A stretch of 64,000 nt of DNA, taken from an uncultured Gemmatimonadaceae bacterium (GTDB taxonomy: Bacteria; Gemmatimonadota; Gemmatimonadetes; Gemmatimonadales; Gemmatimonadaceae). This document shows positions 1-11,005 of this stretch, in pieces (position 1 is the stretch's first letter; the number at the start of each line of letters is the position of its first letter). The notes below the pieces were generated by a model. That model made no database searches. It was given only the letters and a program-made list of their open reading frames with translations, and was not told the origin of the DNA. Position numbers and translations under genes: made by a program. The stretch lies in assembly GCA_963829055.1 (NCBI GenBank), contig CAWHHI010000003.1, forward strand, positions 64,001 to 128,000, written 5' to 3'.

Positions 1-898
1 CCCGGCCGCCGTTCCCGCCGGCCACGTGGTATCGTGTGGTCCAGGTCCTCGCGTCAGGCGAGACGTCGATGCGGTAGTCGGACGCGTGGTGGCCTGGCTC
101 CCAGTCGAGCACGAGGCCGCCGAATTCCCGCGCACGCTGAAAATCGACGGTGAGCGCCTGTACGGCGTTAGGCGGCAGCGTCGGAGTCGGCGGTGCACCC
201 CGCGGCGCCGCCGCGCCTGGCGGAGCGGGAGAGGCGGCACTCGCCTTCGTCGCGCGCCACACCGTTGTCGTGTCGCCGTCGAGCGCACGGCGCGCTTCGG
301 CTCCCGGCGTCTCTGCCGTTGCAGCGACGAGAGGTGTCAGTGTGTAGGGGACGTCGGGCGGACGAGGGCGCAGCTCCAACTCGTCGATCCACACCGTGCC
401 TTTGCCGCCGCTGCCCGCGGTGACGGAGATCTCGATCGCCGCGACGCGCGTGAGATCACCTCCGCCTTTCGGTCCCCACGCGAACGTGATGTGTCGCTTC
501 TTCCGCACCACCTCGGTCCACGTGCGCGGGAACTCGAAGCCGGGCTGGTTCGACCACCACACGTTGTCGCCGCTCGGGTCCACGAGCTTGAACTCGAGCG
601 TGTTCGGCGGCGCGTCGCCCCGCACGCGAAACGCGAACTCGTAGTTCGCCGGGACGGTGAAGTTGAACGCCTTTCGCACGACCGCGTACCCGCCGCCACC
701 GTGAAAGTCGAAGTCGAGCCGCATGGCCCGTCCGCGAAAGCCGGAGTCGGACGACACGCGGAGCGACACGCCGTCTGACGGGCGCGCCGACCAGCCGTTC
801 GTCGACTCGAACGCGTCGAGGACCGTCGACTTCTGCGCGTTAGGCGACAGCGGGCCGAGCGTGGCGGCGATCAGAAGCGCGCCGGTGAGCCACCTCAT
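1..898 (-). CDS. Secreted discoidin (F5/8 type C)-domain protein of the glucan cluster; runs off the window edge
   Basis: Open minus-strand frame from ATG 898, overlapping the upstream permease stop (ATGA). My translation shows a signal-like N-terminus, then LDFDFHGGGGY..., LEFKLVDPSGDNVWW..., HITFAWGP..., which I recognise from this gene neighbourhood. Confidence 0.6.
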   Translation of the reverse strand, partial: MRWLTGALLIAATLGPLSPNAQKSTVLDAFESTNGWSARPSDGVSLRVSSDSGFRGRAMRLDFDFHGGGGYAVVRKAFNFTVPANYEFAFRVRGDAPPNTLEFKLVDPSGDNVWWSNQPGFEFPRTWTEVVRKKRHITFAWGPKGGGDLTRVAAIEISVTAGSGGKGTVWIDELELRPRPPDVPYTLTPLVAATAETPGAEARRALDGDTTTVWRATKASAASPAPPGAAAPRGAPPTPTLPPNAVQALTVDFQRAREFGGLVLDWEPGHHASDYRIDVSPDARTWTTRYHVAGGNGGR

Positions 899-1745
899 CC
901 CTTGACGCTGCCCGCCATGACGCCCTGGATGTAGTAGCGCTGCAGGAACAGGAACACGAGCAGCACCGGCAGGATCGTGAGCACCGAGCCGGCCATCATC
1001 AGCTCGGTGTCCTGGACGTGCTCGCCGACGAGGTTCGCGAGCGCGACGGGCAGTGTGTAGTGCGACTCGTCGCTCAGCACGATCAGCGGCCACATGAAGT
1101 CGTTCCACGTCGCGAGGAACGTCCAGATCGCGAGCGTCGCGAGAATCGGAACGATTCCCGGCAACACGACCGATCGGTAAATCCGCATCTCCGACGCTCC
1201 GTCGATGCGCGCGGCGTCCAGCATGTCGTCGGGAATGCGATTGCGCGTACTGCCGGATGAGGAAGATGCCGAAGATGCTCGCCAACCCGGGAATGATCAC
1301 GCCCCCAGTAGCTGTTGATGAGCCCGAGTTGCTTCATGAGCAGGAAGAGCGGAAGCATCGCGACCTGCACCGGGCAGCACGAGCCCGGCGGCGAGCACTC
1401 GAAACAGTCCGATCGCGTCCACGAAAGCGCAGCTTGGCGAACGCGTAGCCGGCCATCGAGTTGACGGCGAGCGAGAGCAACGGTGACGACGAGCGAGATG
1501 AACGCGCTGTTCAGCAGATAGCGACCGAGGTTCAGCCGCGTGAACAGTGCCCCGTAGTGCTCGAACGTCACTCGGCTCGGCAGCACGCGCGGCGGGTACG
1601 TGCTCGCTTCACCCGTCGGCATCAGCGAGGCGGAGACCATCCAGAACAGTGGGAAGAGAGCGAGCAGCGCCCCGGACGATGAGCGCGACGTACAGCAGAA
1701 TCGCGTCGGACGCTGCGCCGGACTGCGGAACCGCGATCCGCTCAT
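895..1745 (-). CDS. Carbohydrate ABC transporter permease (MalG-like), frameshifted
   Basis: EAA-loop segment LDAARIDGASEMRIY, WNDFMWPLIVL and the C-terminus QRYYIQGVMAGSVKG. Split across ORFs 1083..2000 and 895..1224. Confidence 0.9.
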
Positions 1746-2652
1746 CACCGCTCTCCCTCTGCAAGTCGGAGCTGGACCAGCGTGGCGACGAGGATCACGA
1801 CGAACAGCACGAACGCGATCGCCGCCGCGTAGCCCATCCGCCACCAGCGGAAGCCTTCCTCGTACATCAGCAGCACCACGCTCGTCGTGCTTCTGCAGCG
1901 GGCCGCCCTGCGTCATCACGTACGGCTCGGCGAACAGCTGGAAGTAGCCGATCATCGTGATCACGCCGACGAAGAGCAGCGTCGGGCCGAGCATCGGCAA
2001 GCGTGACGCTGCGGAACGTGCGCCACGGACCCGCGCCGTCGATGTTCGCGGCGTCGTACAGCTCTTCCGGAATGCTCTGCAGGCCGGCGATGAAGATCAG
2101 CATGTTGTAGCCGAAGTTCTTCCACACCGCCATCAGGATGATCGCCGGCATCGCCCAGCGCGGGTCGCCGAGCCAGTCGACCGGCGCGACGCCGACGGCA
2201 CTCAGCGCGTAGTTGAGCAGGCCGTAGCGCGTGTGGTAGAGATAGCGCCACACGATCGCCACCGCGACGAGCGTCGTGACGAATGGCGTGAAGTAGATCG
2301 TCCGGAACAACGACTTCCATCGCACGAGCTTCGCGTTGAGCAGCAACGCCGCGCCGAGCGAGACGGCGATGGTGAGCGGGCCGCCGACGACCGCGAAGTA
2401 GAACGTGTTGCGAAGCGCCGACCAGAAGAGCGGCGTCTCGAGCAGCGTCGCGTAGTTGCGCAGCCCGACGAAGCGCGTGTTCGACGCCGACGCGACTGCG
2501 TAGATGTCGAAGTCGGTCACACTGAGCAGCAGCGCCGCGACAACGGGAAGGAAGAAGAAGACGCCGATGAGCACGAGCGCGGGCGCGACGAACAGCCACG
2601 CGGCCGACGTACCGTCGGCTGGCATGCGCACGCGTTTCGCGCTCGACGTCAC
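1742..2652 (-). CDS. Carbohydrate ABC transporter permease (MalF-like), frameshifted
   Basis: FVGLRNY, WKNFGYNMLIFIAGLQSIPEELYDAANIDGAG and FQLFAEPYVMTQGGP motifs. Confidence 0.9.
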
Positions 2653-3974
2653 CGCGCCGTGCTCCGCGCCGGCTGTCCGCTCCGCTCGGCCATCCAGCGA
2701 CGCTTCTCGAGCAGGCCGTTCACATCACGATCGAGGGCGGTGAGCGTCGCGTCCACCGTCAGGCGGCCGCGGATGGCCTGTTCGCCGTACTCGTACACTT
2801 TGGTCGCGATCTGCTCCCACTCCGGCACCTGCGGGAGTGGCACGACGCGTTCGAGCTGATCGTGGAACGCACGCGCATAACGATTACCGGCGAGCGCGGG
2901 CTCGTTCCACGACCGCGCGGTGCGCCGGCAGGTCGCCCGTGAGCTCGTAGAAGCGCAGCTGCACATCGGGCCGCGACAGGTACTCGACGAGCTGCCAGCT
3001 CTCGGTCTTTCGCTTCGACCCGCGGAATACGACCAGACTCGCACCGCCCGCCATCGAGACGCCGAGCCCGTCGGGACCGGGCAACGGCGCGGTCATCCAC
3101 GTGCCCTGCGATTCGGCCGGCAGGCGGTTGGTGAACTCACCGATCTGCCACGGCCCGCTGATGTACATGGCAATGTTGCCGCGCGCGAACTCCTGATAGA
3201 GGTTGGAGATCTCGGTGCCGCTCACTTTCGGCGCGAGTCCGTCGTTGAACAGCCCGACGTAGAAGTCGAACGCCTTGCGAAAGCGCGGATCCGAGAACGC
3301 GCCGTAGTGGCCGTCGTCACGAAGCAGCGGCGCGCCCGTCTGGAGACCCGAGGATGACTGGCGGTGGCCACTCGTTCGTCGGGAGAAGGATCGGGTACTG
3401 TCGCGCGCCCATGCGCGCCTTGATGCGTACCATCGCCTCGCGCCACGCGGCCCACGTCGTGGGCATGCTGTCGTACCCAGCGGCACGCAGCAGGTCTGTC
3501 CGGTAGAACATCACGCGCGTGTCGACGTACCACGGAATACCGAACGTCGTATCGTCGACGACGTTCGTGCTCCAGATGCCCGGGAAGAAGTCGGCGCGCG
3601 CCAGTGACTTGGAACGCGGCGACCTGTGCGTCGAGCGGCTCGAGCGCGTCGAGCGCGACGAACTCCGGAACCCACGTGTTGCCGAGCATGCGCAATGTCC
3701 GGCGTCGCTTCGCCGACGAATGCCGTGAGCAGCTTCTCGTGCGCGGCCGTCCACGGGATCTGCTGCACGCGAACGTGCACGCCGGGATGCTCGCGCTCGA
3801 AGTCCGGGATGAGTTGCGCGACGACTTCGCCCTCGCGCCCCATGGCCCAGAGGCGAATGTCGTTGGTCTCCCGGCCAGATGCCGTGGTGCACGCAGCGCA
3901 TCGCGACAGCCAGCGAGCACCAGCGACGCATGCACGACCACGCGACGATCGCGTCGCGACTCGACAGGCCTCAC
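2649..3974 (-). CDS. Sugar ABC transporter substrate-binding protein, frameshifted
   Basis: Segments WAMGREGEVV...QQIPWTAAHEKLLTAF, GIPWYVDTRVMFYRTDLL and ISGPWQIGEF...AGGASLVVF, spread over several frames. Confidence 0.88.
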
Positions 3975-5471
3975 TGCTCAAGCCAACCTCCGGTGAAGCC
4001 CGGCCCGCTTCAGTCCGCCCTCGATGTACGGGTTCGTTCGCATCACACGCCAGACGAGGCCCGAGCGGTGATTCTCGACCATCGCGATGATCGGGCCCTG
4101 ATCGATGCCGAGGTAGTCCGATGTCGAACCAGCGCGACGCCGGGGACGACTCGACCAGCTTGCGGCGTTAGGCCGGAGCGCGGAAACGTCGGCGTTGAAC
4201 GCATCGAGAAAGCCGTATTTCGTGAACAGATTGTCGCCGTACTTCTCGCGCATGGCGATCAGCGCCGGAATCGCGATCTCCGGCGCGAAGGCAACGGAGC
4301 CGCCAGCGGCCGTCGGTGCAATCGTGCCGTCGTCGCGAATCTCGCCCCACGCCGCGCCGCGCGCCGCGTAGGTGTAGAACACGCGCGGAATACCGTCGAT
4401 GGTGATGGGGCCATCGCGCGGTCCGTCAGACGCCGTGAGTCCCCACTCGTTCGCCCCGTACCCCGCCCATCGGTACGGATTGTCGATCGCGTACAGCGCG
4501 TTGCGAGATCGTGGCGCGCCGCGAGTTCTCGAAGTAGTCGATGCCCTTGCCGCGCATGTAGGCATCGCGGATGCCGCGGAAGTCCACCCACGTGTGCGAG
4601 TACTGATGGCCGAACAGCGGCGCGAAGTTCACGTGCTGCTGCCCGTAGAAATCCTGCCAGCGGTAGTTCTTCGTCCACTCCTCCCACGCCGCCGGCTCGA
4701 GCGCGTGCGTCGGCGAGCCGAACGCGAGGATGTAGACGATCATCGCCTCGTCGTAGCCGCGCCAGTCGAATGGCAGGAAACCTTCCTCCGGCTTCCAGCC
4801 CATGTTGACGGCTGGTGGACGATTGCGCGGCCACGTCCATTCCACTCGGCGATACAGCGAGTCGGCGTACGCCCGCACGGACCGTTCGACCTGGCGTCGT
4901 GTCGGCGAAGTACGACTGACAGAACAGCGCGCCGGCCAGTAGCAGCGACGTGTCGATCGTGGAGAGCTCGACCTTCTCGAAGCGATGGCCCGTTCTCGAA
5001 GTCGAGGAAGTGGTAGAAGAATCCCTTGTAGCCGGCGACGCCGGTGGCCGCTTCGCCCTGCGGCAGCTGCCAGAGAAAGCGGAGCGTCGTGAGCGTGCGC
5101 TCGGCGGCGGCCGTTCGCGTCACGTACCCGCGCTCGACGCCGATGGGATACGCCGTGAGCGCGAAGCCGATGGCCGCGACGCTCGAGAACGTGCGACTGG
5201 GCCACCGGTCCGGCGTTAGGCCCGTGCGGGCATCGGTGTTGTCCCAGAACCACTGGAACGTGCGCTGCTGGAGCGTGTCGAGAAACGCGTCTTGCCGACG
5301 CGCATCGATGCGCGTCGGCTCCGGAGCGGTAGTCGGTGGCCGGTGGGTTACACGCGACGACGCCGGTCCCGAGGAGCGTCGTCGCACCCGCGACGCGGAC
5401 CAACCGGGCGACGCGCGATCAGCTGCGTCGCCCGGTCGAACTCGCCGTGCTTCGACACCCCTCGCGATCAT
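3971..5471 (-). CDS. 'Glucoamylase'-family protein, GH144-like endo-beta-1,2-glucanase, frameshifted
   Basis: Segments GLTPDRWPSRTFSSVAAIGFALTAYPIGVERG, GYKGFFYHFLD, WRGYDEAMIVYILAFGSP, PLFGHQYSH, WGLTASDGP, DGTIAPTA and YLGIDQGPI. Confidence 0.85.
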
Positions 5472-8400
5472 TGCCCCTGAATCGCGCGCGGCGAGATCGG
5501 TTGCAAGCCGTACCGGAGTCCTACCTGAAGCCGCCGTCCGAGTCCGGCGCAGCCCGGCGTGTTGTAGTTCGGATTTGGAGTCGACTCGATGGTCGCGTTG
5601 TAGCAGCCGTAGTTCGCGTTGTTGAACGTGTTGAAGACGTCCGCCACGATACTCACGCGCTGGGCGTCCGCAAACCCGAACGCCTTCTCGACGCGAAGGT
5701 CGACGGTCTGCGTGCTGAAGACGTGCCCGATGCCGAGGAAGGGCTGCGTCGGCGGGGAGTAGACGTACTTTCGCTGCTGGCCGAACGCGCTGCCGGCCGA
5801 GTTGTCATCGGCGTTGATAGTGAGCCCCGTCCCGAGGTTCACGATCGTGCTCGCATAGATCTGTCCACGGAAGCCTGACGATTCCGTTCGCGACGATCGG
5901 TATGTACCTGATTCCCCGGCGCGCGCCGCCGCGGCAAATCGCCGACGGTCGGATATTTGTCGTCGAATCCCCAGAAGATGTCGGTCGTTTGCCCCTGCTC
6001 GTCGGATCTGGCCAGCGTGTACGCGATGGACCCGCCCCAGCGTGTATCGGCGAGAATGGGCCGGTCGATCTGCACCTGCATGGCGTCGTACCAACTCTTC
6101 ACGCGATCGTCGGTGACGAACGCCGTCGCGTAGTTCGGTCCGAGGCCACCGAATCCCGACGCACGAACGAAGTTCATGCCGTTGTCGCCACGCACGCCGT
6201 TGTACGACAACGTCACGAGCGCGCGGCCGACGCCCTGCCGCAGACCGCCGCTGAACTGGTAGGTCTTGGGTGGCTTGAGATCGTTCGCGACCAGGAAGAT
6301 TTCGGGGACACCGGCGGTCCCTGACAATGTCTTCAGCTGCGCCGGATCGAGATACTTCGGATCCCAGACGACGCAGTTGACTGGAGAGCCTGCCGGGCAC
6401 GACGTTCGGAAATCAATGCGCGGAACGTTGTACTGCCGGCGGAAGCGCTCGTCGAACAGCGTGTTCCAGTAGTTGCGATCATAGTAGATGCCCGCGCCGG
6501 CGAACAGCACGCTGCGACCGCTGCCGGTGACGTCGAACGACGCACCGACGCGAGGCTGCCACGCGTTCTTGAACACGGGGCGATCGCTGCTCCCGGTGGT
6601 GATGTACCGATCGAGTCCGCCGAGCTCGTCGATCACCCGCACCTGCTGGGTATTGCAACACGTGCCATCGGACTTCAACACGGGACGATCGACGACGAGC
6701 TTGCTGTTGAGAGCCCCACGCAGCGAATCCGCGAGCGGTGCCGGCGTGACATAGTCGTTGTTGATCATGTTGGTCTCGACGTCCCAGCGGAGTCCGAGAT
6801 TCAACACGAGTCGGGGCGTGACCGTCCAGTCATCCTGGAGGTACGCGCCGAACTGCTGATTGTCCGTCGTTACTTTCGGATCGCCGAAACCGTATACGGC
6901 TTCGAACGGACGGGCGTAGTTCTCATCCTTCCGGTAGCGATAGACCGGCGTCGCCTGCTGGTTCTTGATCGCTTCGTAGCTAAGGAAGTCGACCGACGCG
7001 CCGCCTTTGAACACGTGGTCGCCGCCGAACTGGACGCCCGACCGCGTTAGGTCGTTGCGCAGCGTAAGGCGTGTCTGGGTGAAGTCCTGGCTCGCATCCT
7101 TTCCGCCGACTCTCAGAAGGCCCTGATAGTCTTGCACGATCGGCGTCTCCGACTTCGGGATCGCGCCCCACGTGAAGCGCTGGCCGCTCAGCTGAGCCTC
7201 GTTCAACCATCGGTCACCGGCGTACTTCCAGTTGCGCGACGCCCGTGTAGACGTTGACGTCGAGGTTTTCGGCCGCCTGGAAGCTGGTCTGATTTCCGAA
7301 TCCGCGGAAATCGGTTTCTCGTCGAATGTTCGCGCTCGCGTCGATGGTGCTGCGATCGGACTTCTGCCACGTGAGCTTCCCGAAACCGAGGTGTTCGCGG
7401 AACTCACTCGTGAACTGGCCGGTGAGCGGCTGTAGTTGCGCGATCAGTGAAGGTGGTGCGCTGAGTCGTGTCGCCGCCGAGACGCACGTATCCGGGCTCA
7501 TCTCGCGCGTTCAGCTCGTAGGTTCCGAAGAAGAAGAGCTTGTCCTTCGCGATCGGCCCGCCGAGGCTGCCGCCGGCCTGGAGCCGCTTGTAATCGGGAC
7601 GCGGTTCGCCGCGCTGAGCGGAGATGGCATCTCGGGCGACGTACGACTTGCCGACACCGAACGCGAACGCATCACCCTCCCACTGATTGGTGCCGCTTCG
7701 CGTGGTGGCCGTGATGATCGCGCTGGCGGCCTTCTGGTACTCCGCCTTGTAGTTCTGCGTGATGACGCGGAACTCCTGCACGGCGCCCTGCGGGAATGGA
7801 TTGCCCTTGCTCGCATCCTGACCGACGACACCGCCTCGCAGCACGTCGTTCTTGTAGCTGGCGCCATCGACGAACACGTTGACGGCTTCAGGAGGCTGAC
7901 CGCCCGCCGAGATGAACTTGTCGCTGTTGTTCACGGCGGTCGCCGTCATGCCCGGCGCGAGTCGAGCGAGGTCGAGAAAGTTTCGCTCGAACGTTGGCAG
8001 GTTCTGGATCTGCTCGCGTGTGACGTTCGTGCCGACTTCCGACGTGCGCGACGTTTCCGTGGAGGTCGTGACCACGGCGACCGCGGCAAGCTGGGTCGCT
8101 GTTTCCTGAATGGAGAGATCGAGGGTGATGGTCTGGCCGATGCCGACGGTCACGGTGCGTGTCTGTGGCGTAAACCCGATGCGCCGCACCGTGACCTCGT
8201 ACGTGGCGGGCCGAAGTCCGGCGAGGTTGTAGAAACCGCTGGCGTTCGACACGGTGCCGCGATTCATGCCCATCGCCACGTTGCTCGCGGCGACCTGTGC
8301 GTCGGGGACGGCCGTATTGTTCGGGCCGCGGATGTAGCCGCGGATGCTGCCGGTCGTTGTCTGCGCGCTCAGCGTCGTCGGTGCCGCCGTCGTCATGGCG

Positions 8401-8513
8401 AGCCACATCACCGCGCCAGCGCTCACGCATCGGGTGATCGTTCGGCGCAGCGTTCGGCGCGGCGCTCCGCACGGCGTTAGGCGGCGTGATATCACACGTA
8501 CGTCATTCATCAT
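5468..8513 (-). CDS. TonB-dependent receptor (Oar-like, N-terminal carboxypeptidase-regulatory-like domain), frameshifted
   Basis: Signal peptide, RNFLDLARLAPG, AVQEFRVITQNYKAEY, YLQDDWTVTPRLVLNLGLRWD and a C-terminal RLQV-G-RY-like strand. ORFs 7404..8513, 5839..7407 and 5468..6400. Confidence 0.9.
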
Positions 8514-8598
8514 GGCTCCCTCGCTCCCGTGAGTCTGTCGTTCCTTCGAGCATTCAGATGATTTCGCTCACTCCCCCATCAGCGCCGGCAGGTTGTCG

Positions 8599-9624
8599 TT
8601 AGGTAGGTGGCGGTCGCTCGCTGGGCAGGCGCGTGCCGCAGGATTGGCGGATGACGAGCCTCGTCTCCAGCCGCTGATGCCGTCGCGTGTGCTCGTTCTT
8701 GCGAACGATCGCATGCAGCACCGTCTCCACCGCTCGCGTCCCGAGTTCCGCGATGGCCACGTGCACAGAGGACAGAGGCGGATTCATATATCTGGCGAGC
8801 GGGATATCGTCGAACCCGACCACAGCGATGTGATCCGGGACGCGTACGTCCGCATCGCGCAGTGCACTTAGCGCGCCGATGGCCATCGCATCGTTGGCCG
8901 CGAACACGGCGGTCGGCCGCTCGCCAAGGGCGAGCAGGTGTGTGACTGCACGGAAGCCCGCCGTCTCCGTGAAATCGCCTGGTAATTCCCACTCTGGTCG
9001 CGGATCGATGCCGGCGTCGCGCAGCGCGGCGCGGTAGCCACGCAAGCGCTCTTCGGCGTCGTAGTTCCCCGCCGCACCGCGGATGATCGCGATCGACCGA
9101 TGTCCGAGCCCGATCAGATGCTGGATCATCTGGTAGGCGCCGCTCTGGTTTTCGATGGTGAGCGCGTCGTAGCCGTCGCCGCTCACGTGGCAATTGAGCA
9201 GTACGACGGGGAGCGTGGCGGGTACGTTCGCGACCAGTGCGGGGGCGTCCAAGTGCGGCGACATTGCGATCAAACCGTCCACCCGCCCCCGCATTGCCCT
9301 CAGCGCGGCCTCGATCTCGGGCTTCGCGTCGTGCGAGCTCGAGACGAGCAGATGGTAGCCGCTCCGTTGGGCGGTCTGGTCCATTCCCCGGATGACTTCG
9401 GAGAAGAATTCTCCGTAGAGGTCGGGCAGGAGGACGCCGAGGGTATTCGTCCGGCTGGTGATCAGGCTGCGGGCGACGCCGTGCGGCGAATAGCAGAGCC
9501 TGGCAGCAACCTCCTGAATCCGGACGCGCGTCTCCTCACTGACCGGCCCGCTGGAGTTGAACACGCGGGACACGGTGGCGACGGACACGTTGGCCTCACG
9601 CGCGACGTCCTTGATCGTTGCCAC
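8599..9624 (-). CDS. LacI-family transcriptional regulator
   Basis: ATIKDVAREANVSVATVSRV helix-turn-helix; VVGFDDI...PPLSSV sugar-binding domain. Confidence 0.97.
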   Translation of the reverse strand: MATIKDVAREANVSVATVSRVFNSSGPVSEETRVRIQEVAARLCYSPHGVARSLITSRTNTLGVLLPDLYGEFFSEVIRGMDQTAQRSGYHLLVSSSHDAKPEIEAALRAMRGRVDGLIAMSPHLDAPALVANVPATLPVVLLNCHVSGDGYDALTIENQSGAYQMIQHLIGLGHRSIAIIRGAAGNYDAEERLRGYRAALRDAGIDPRPEWELPGDFTETAGFRAVTHLLALGERPTAVFAANDAMAIGALSALRDADVRVPDHIAVVGFDDIPLARYMNPPLSSVHVAIAELGTRAVETVLHAIVRKNEHTRRHQRLETRLVIRQSCGTRLPSERPPPT

Positions 9625-9682
9625 GTCGAAAAAGCGCCGTTGAGGGGGACTCGCTCGGACGAAACCTCTATCGTCGGCGAGG

Positions 9683-9696
9683 TGTAATCGTTTACA
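9683..9696. promoter_or_regulatory. LacI-type operator TGTAATCGTTTACA, just downstream of a minus-strand TTGACA (9711-9716)
   Basis: Near-palindrome TGTAA-n-CG-n-TTACA with the central CG typical of LacI operators, about 60 bp upstream of the lacI start. Confidence 0.75.
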
Positions 9697-9897
9697 TTGC
9701 GCCAGAGTTCTGTCAATAGCACAACTTCTGCAACGCGGAACTTTCGCTAAGCCCTTCGGCTTATTTGATTGTAGCGTTCATGGTTGTAGCGTTCTGGCGC
9801 CCGCGGCTGGATCCCAAGGGGTCCGCTCGCGGGCGCTCTCCAAATAGAGAAAACAGGGCAATGCAGAGCATTTCGCCCTTTTCGAGGTGAGCCGACG

Positions 9898-10824
9898 ATG
9901 GCAACGACAAAATCCCGGACGGCATCAAAGCCACGCCCGGTAGCGATCGCGGATACGACCCCGCCCGACCTTCTCGATCTCTACATCGAGGAGCTGTCGA
10001 ACGAGCCGGTCGCCACCGCGGAAGCGCAGAAGGTGCTCGCGCGCCGGATGCGCAATACAAAGCTGAGCGCCGAGGAGCGCGAAGCGGCACGGGATGAGCT
10101 CATCCGCGCCAACCTTCGGTTTGCCTTCTCGGTAGCGAAGCAGTACCAGAACCGTGGACTTCCCCTCGAAGATCTCGTGGGTGAAGCCAATGGTGGTCTC
10201 TGTCGCGCAGCGGATAAGTACGATCCCGACGTCGGGGTGAACTTCATCAGCTACGCCGTGTGGTGGATTCGCCAGGCGATCTTCTCGGCGATCTCCACCA
10301 AGACGCACACCGTGCGCGTGCCCCTCGGGCGTGCGACCGACGTGCGGAAGATCGCGCGCGCCCGCACGGCACTCCGCGAAGTGCTGGAGCGTGAGCCGAC
10401 GATCGAAGAGTTGGCCCGTGTCGCCGAGTTGCCGCTCGACGTCGTTCGTGAGCTGAGCATCGCGATTCAGCCCGAGCGCTCGCTCGACGAGCCGCTTGGC
10501 AACGGCGCCGGTCGCTCTGAAGCACGGACGCTGGCGAGCATTCTGCCGGCCGAAGCCGACGAGCGCACGGATGTCGATGCTCGATTGGAAGACGAGTCGC
10601 GTCGCGAAGCGCTGCTTCGGGCCCTCAGCCCGCTGCCGCCGCGCGACCGGAAAATCCTCCTGATGTACTATGGATTGGAGACCGGCGAACCGATGACGAT
10701 GGAGCAGATCGCCACCGTTTTCGGCGTGACCCGAGAGCGTGTTCGACAGCTCAGGGACCGCGCACTCGCCGCCGTTCGCGATGGCGAAGCAGCGAAGGCG
10801 CTGCGACGCGATTGGGCGGCGTAA
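9898..10824 (+). CDS. RNA polymerase sigma-70 factor, RpoD/RpoS-like, lacking region 1.1
   Basis: Region 2 LIRANLRFAFSVAKQYQNRGLPLEDLV...FISYAVWWIRQAI, region 3 SLDEPL and region 4 VTRERVRQL. Confidence 0.95.
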   Translation: MATTKSRTASKPRPVAIADTTPPDLLDLYIEELSNEPVATAEAQKVLARRMRNTKLSAEEREAARDELIRANLRFAFSVAKQYQNRGLPLEDLVGEANGGLCRAADKYDPDVGVNFISYAVWWIRQAIFSAISTKTHTVRVPLGRATDVRKIARARTALREVLEREPTIEELARVAELPLDVVRELSIAIQPERSLDEPLGNGAGRSEARTLASILPAEADERTDVDARLEDESRREALLRALSPLPPRDRKILLMYYGLETGEPMTMEQIATVFGVTRERVRQLRDRALAAVRDGEAAKALRRDWAA

Positions 10825-10849
10825 CCGCTCCAGTAACAACCAGTTAGAG

Positions 10850-10881
10850 AGGCCCCGCCGAAAGGTGGGGCCTTTGCTTTT
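10850..10881 (+). terminator. Intrinsic terminator
   Basis: AGGCCCCGCC-GAAA-GGTGGGGCCT followed by TTGCTTTT. Confidence 0.85.
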
Positions 10882-11005
10882 CGGCAACCGCGAATGTGAA
10901 AAAGCTCACAAATCGGGCAAGTATCGGCAGGACTGTTGAAAAGGGTCAGCCCGTTGTGTTGCACCTCTCGGATTGTACGCGTCGATGCTTCACCGAGGAG
11001 GTGCA

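Noticed and set aside
895..8513. Programmed frameshifting or phase variation in the glucan cluster
   Set aside because: Shifts are numerous, with no consistent slippery sites or long homopolymers; sequencing error is simpler.
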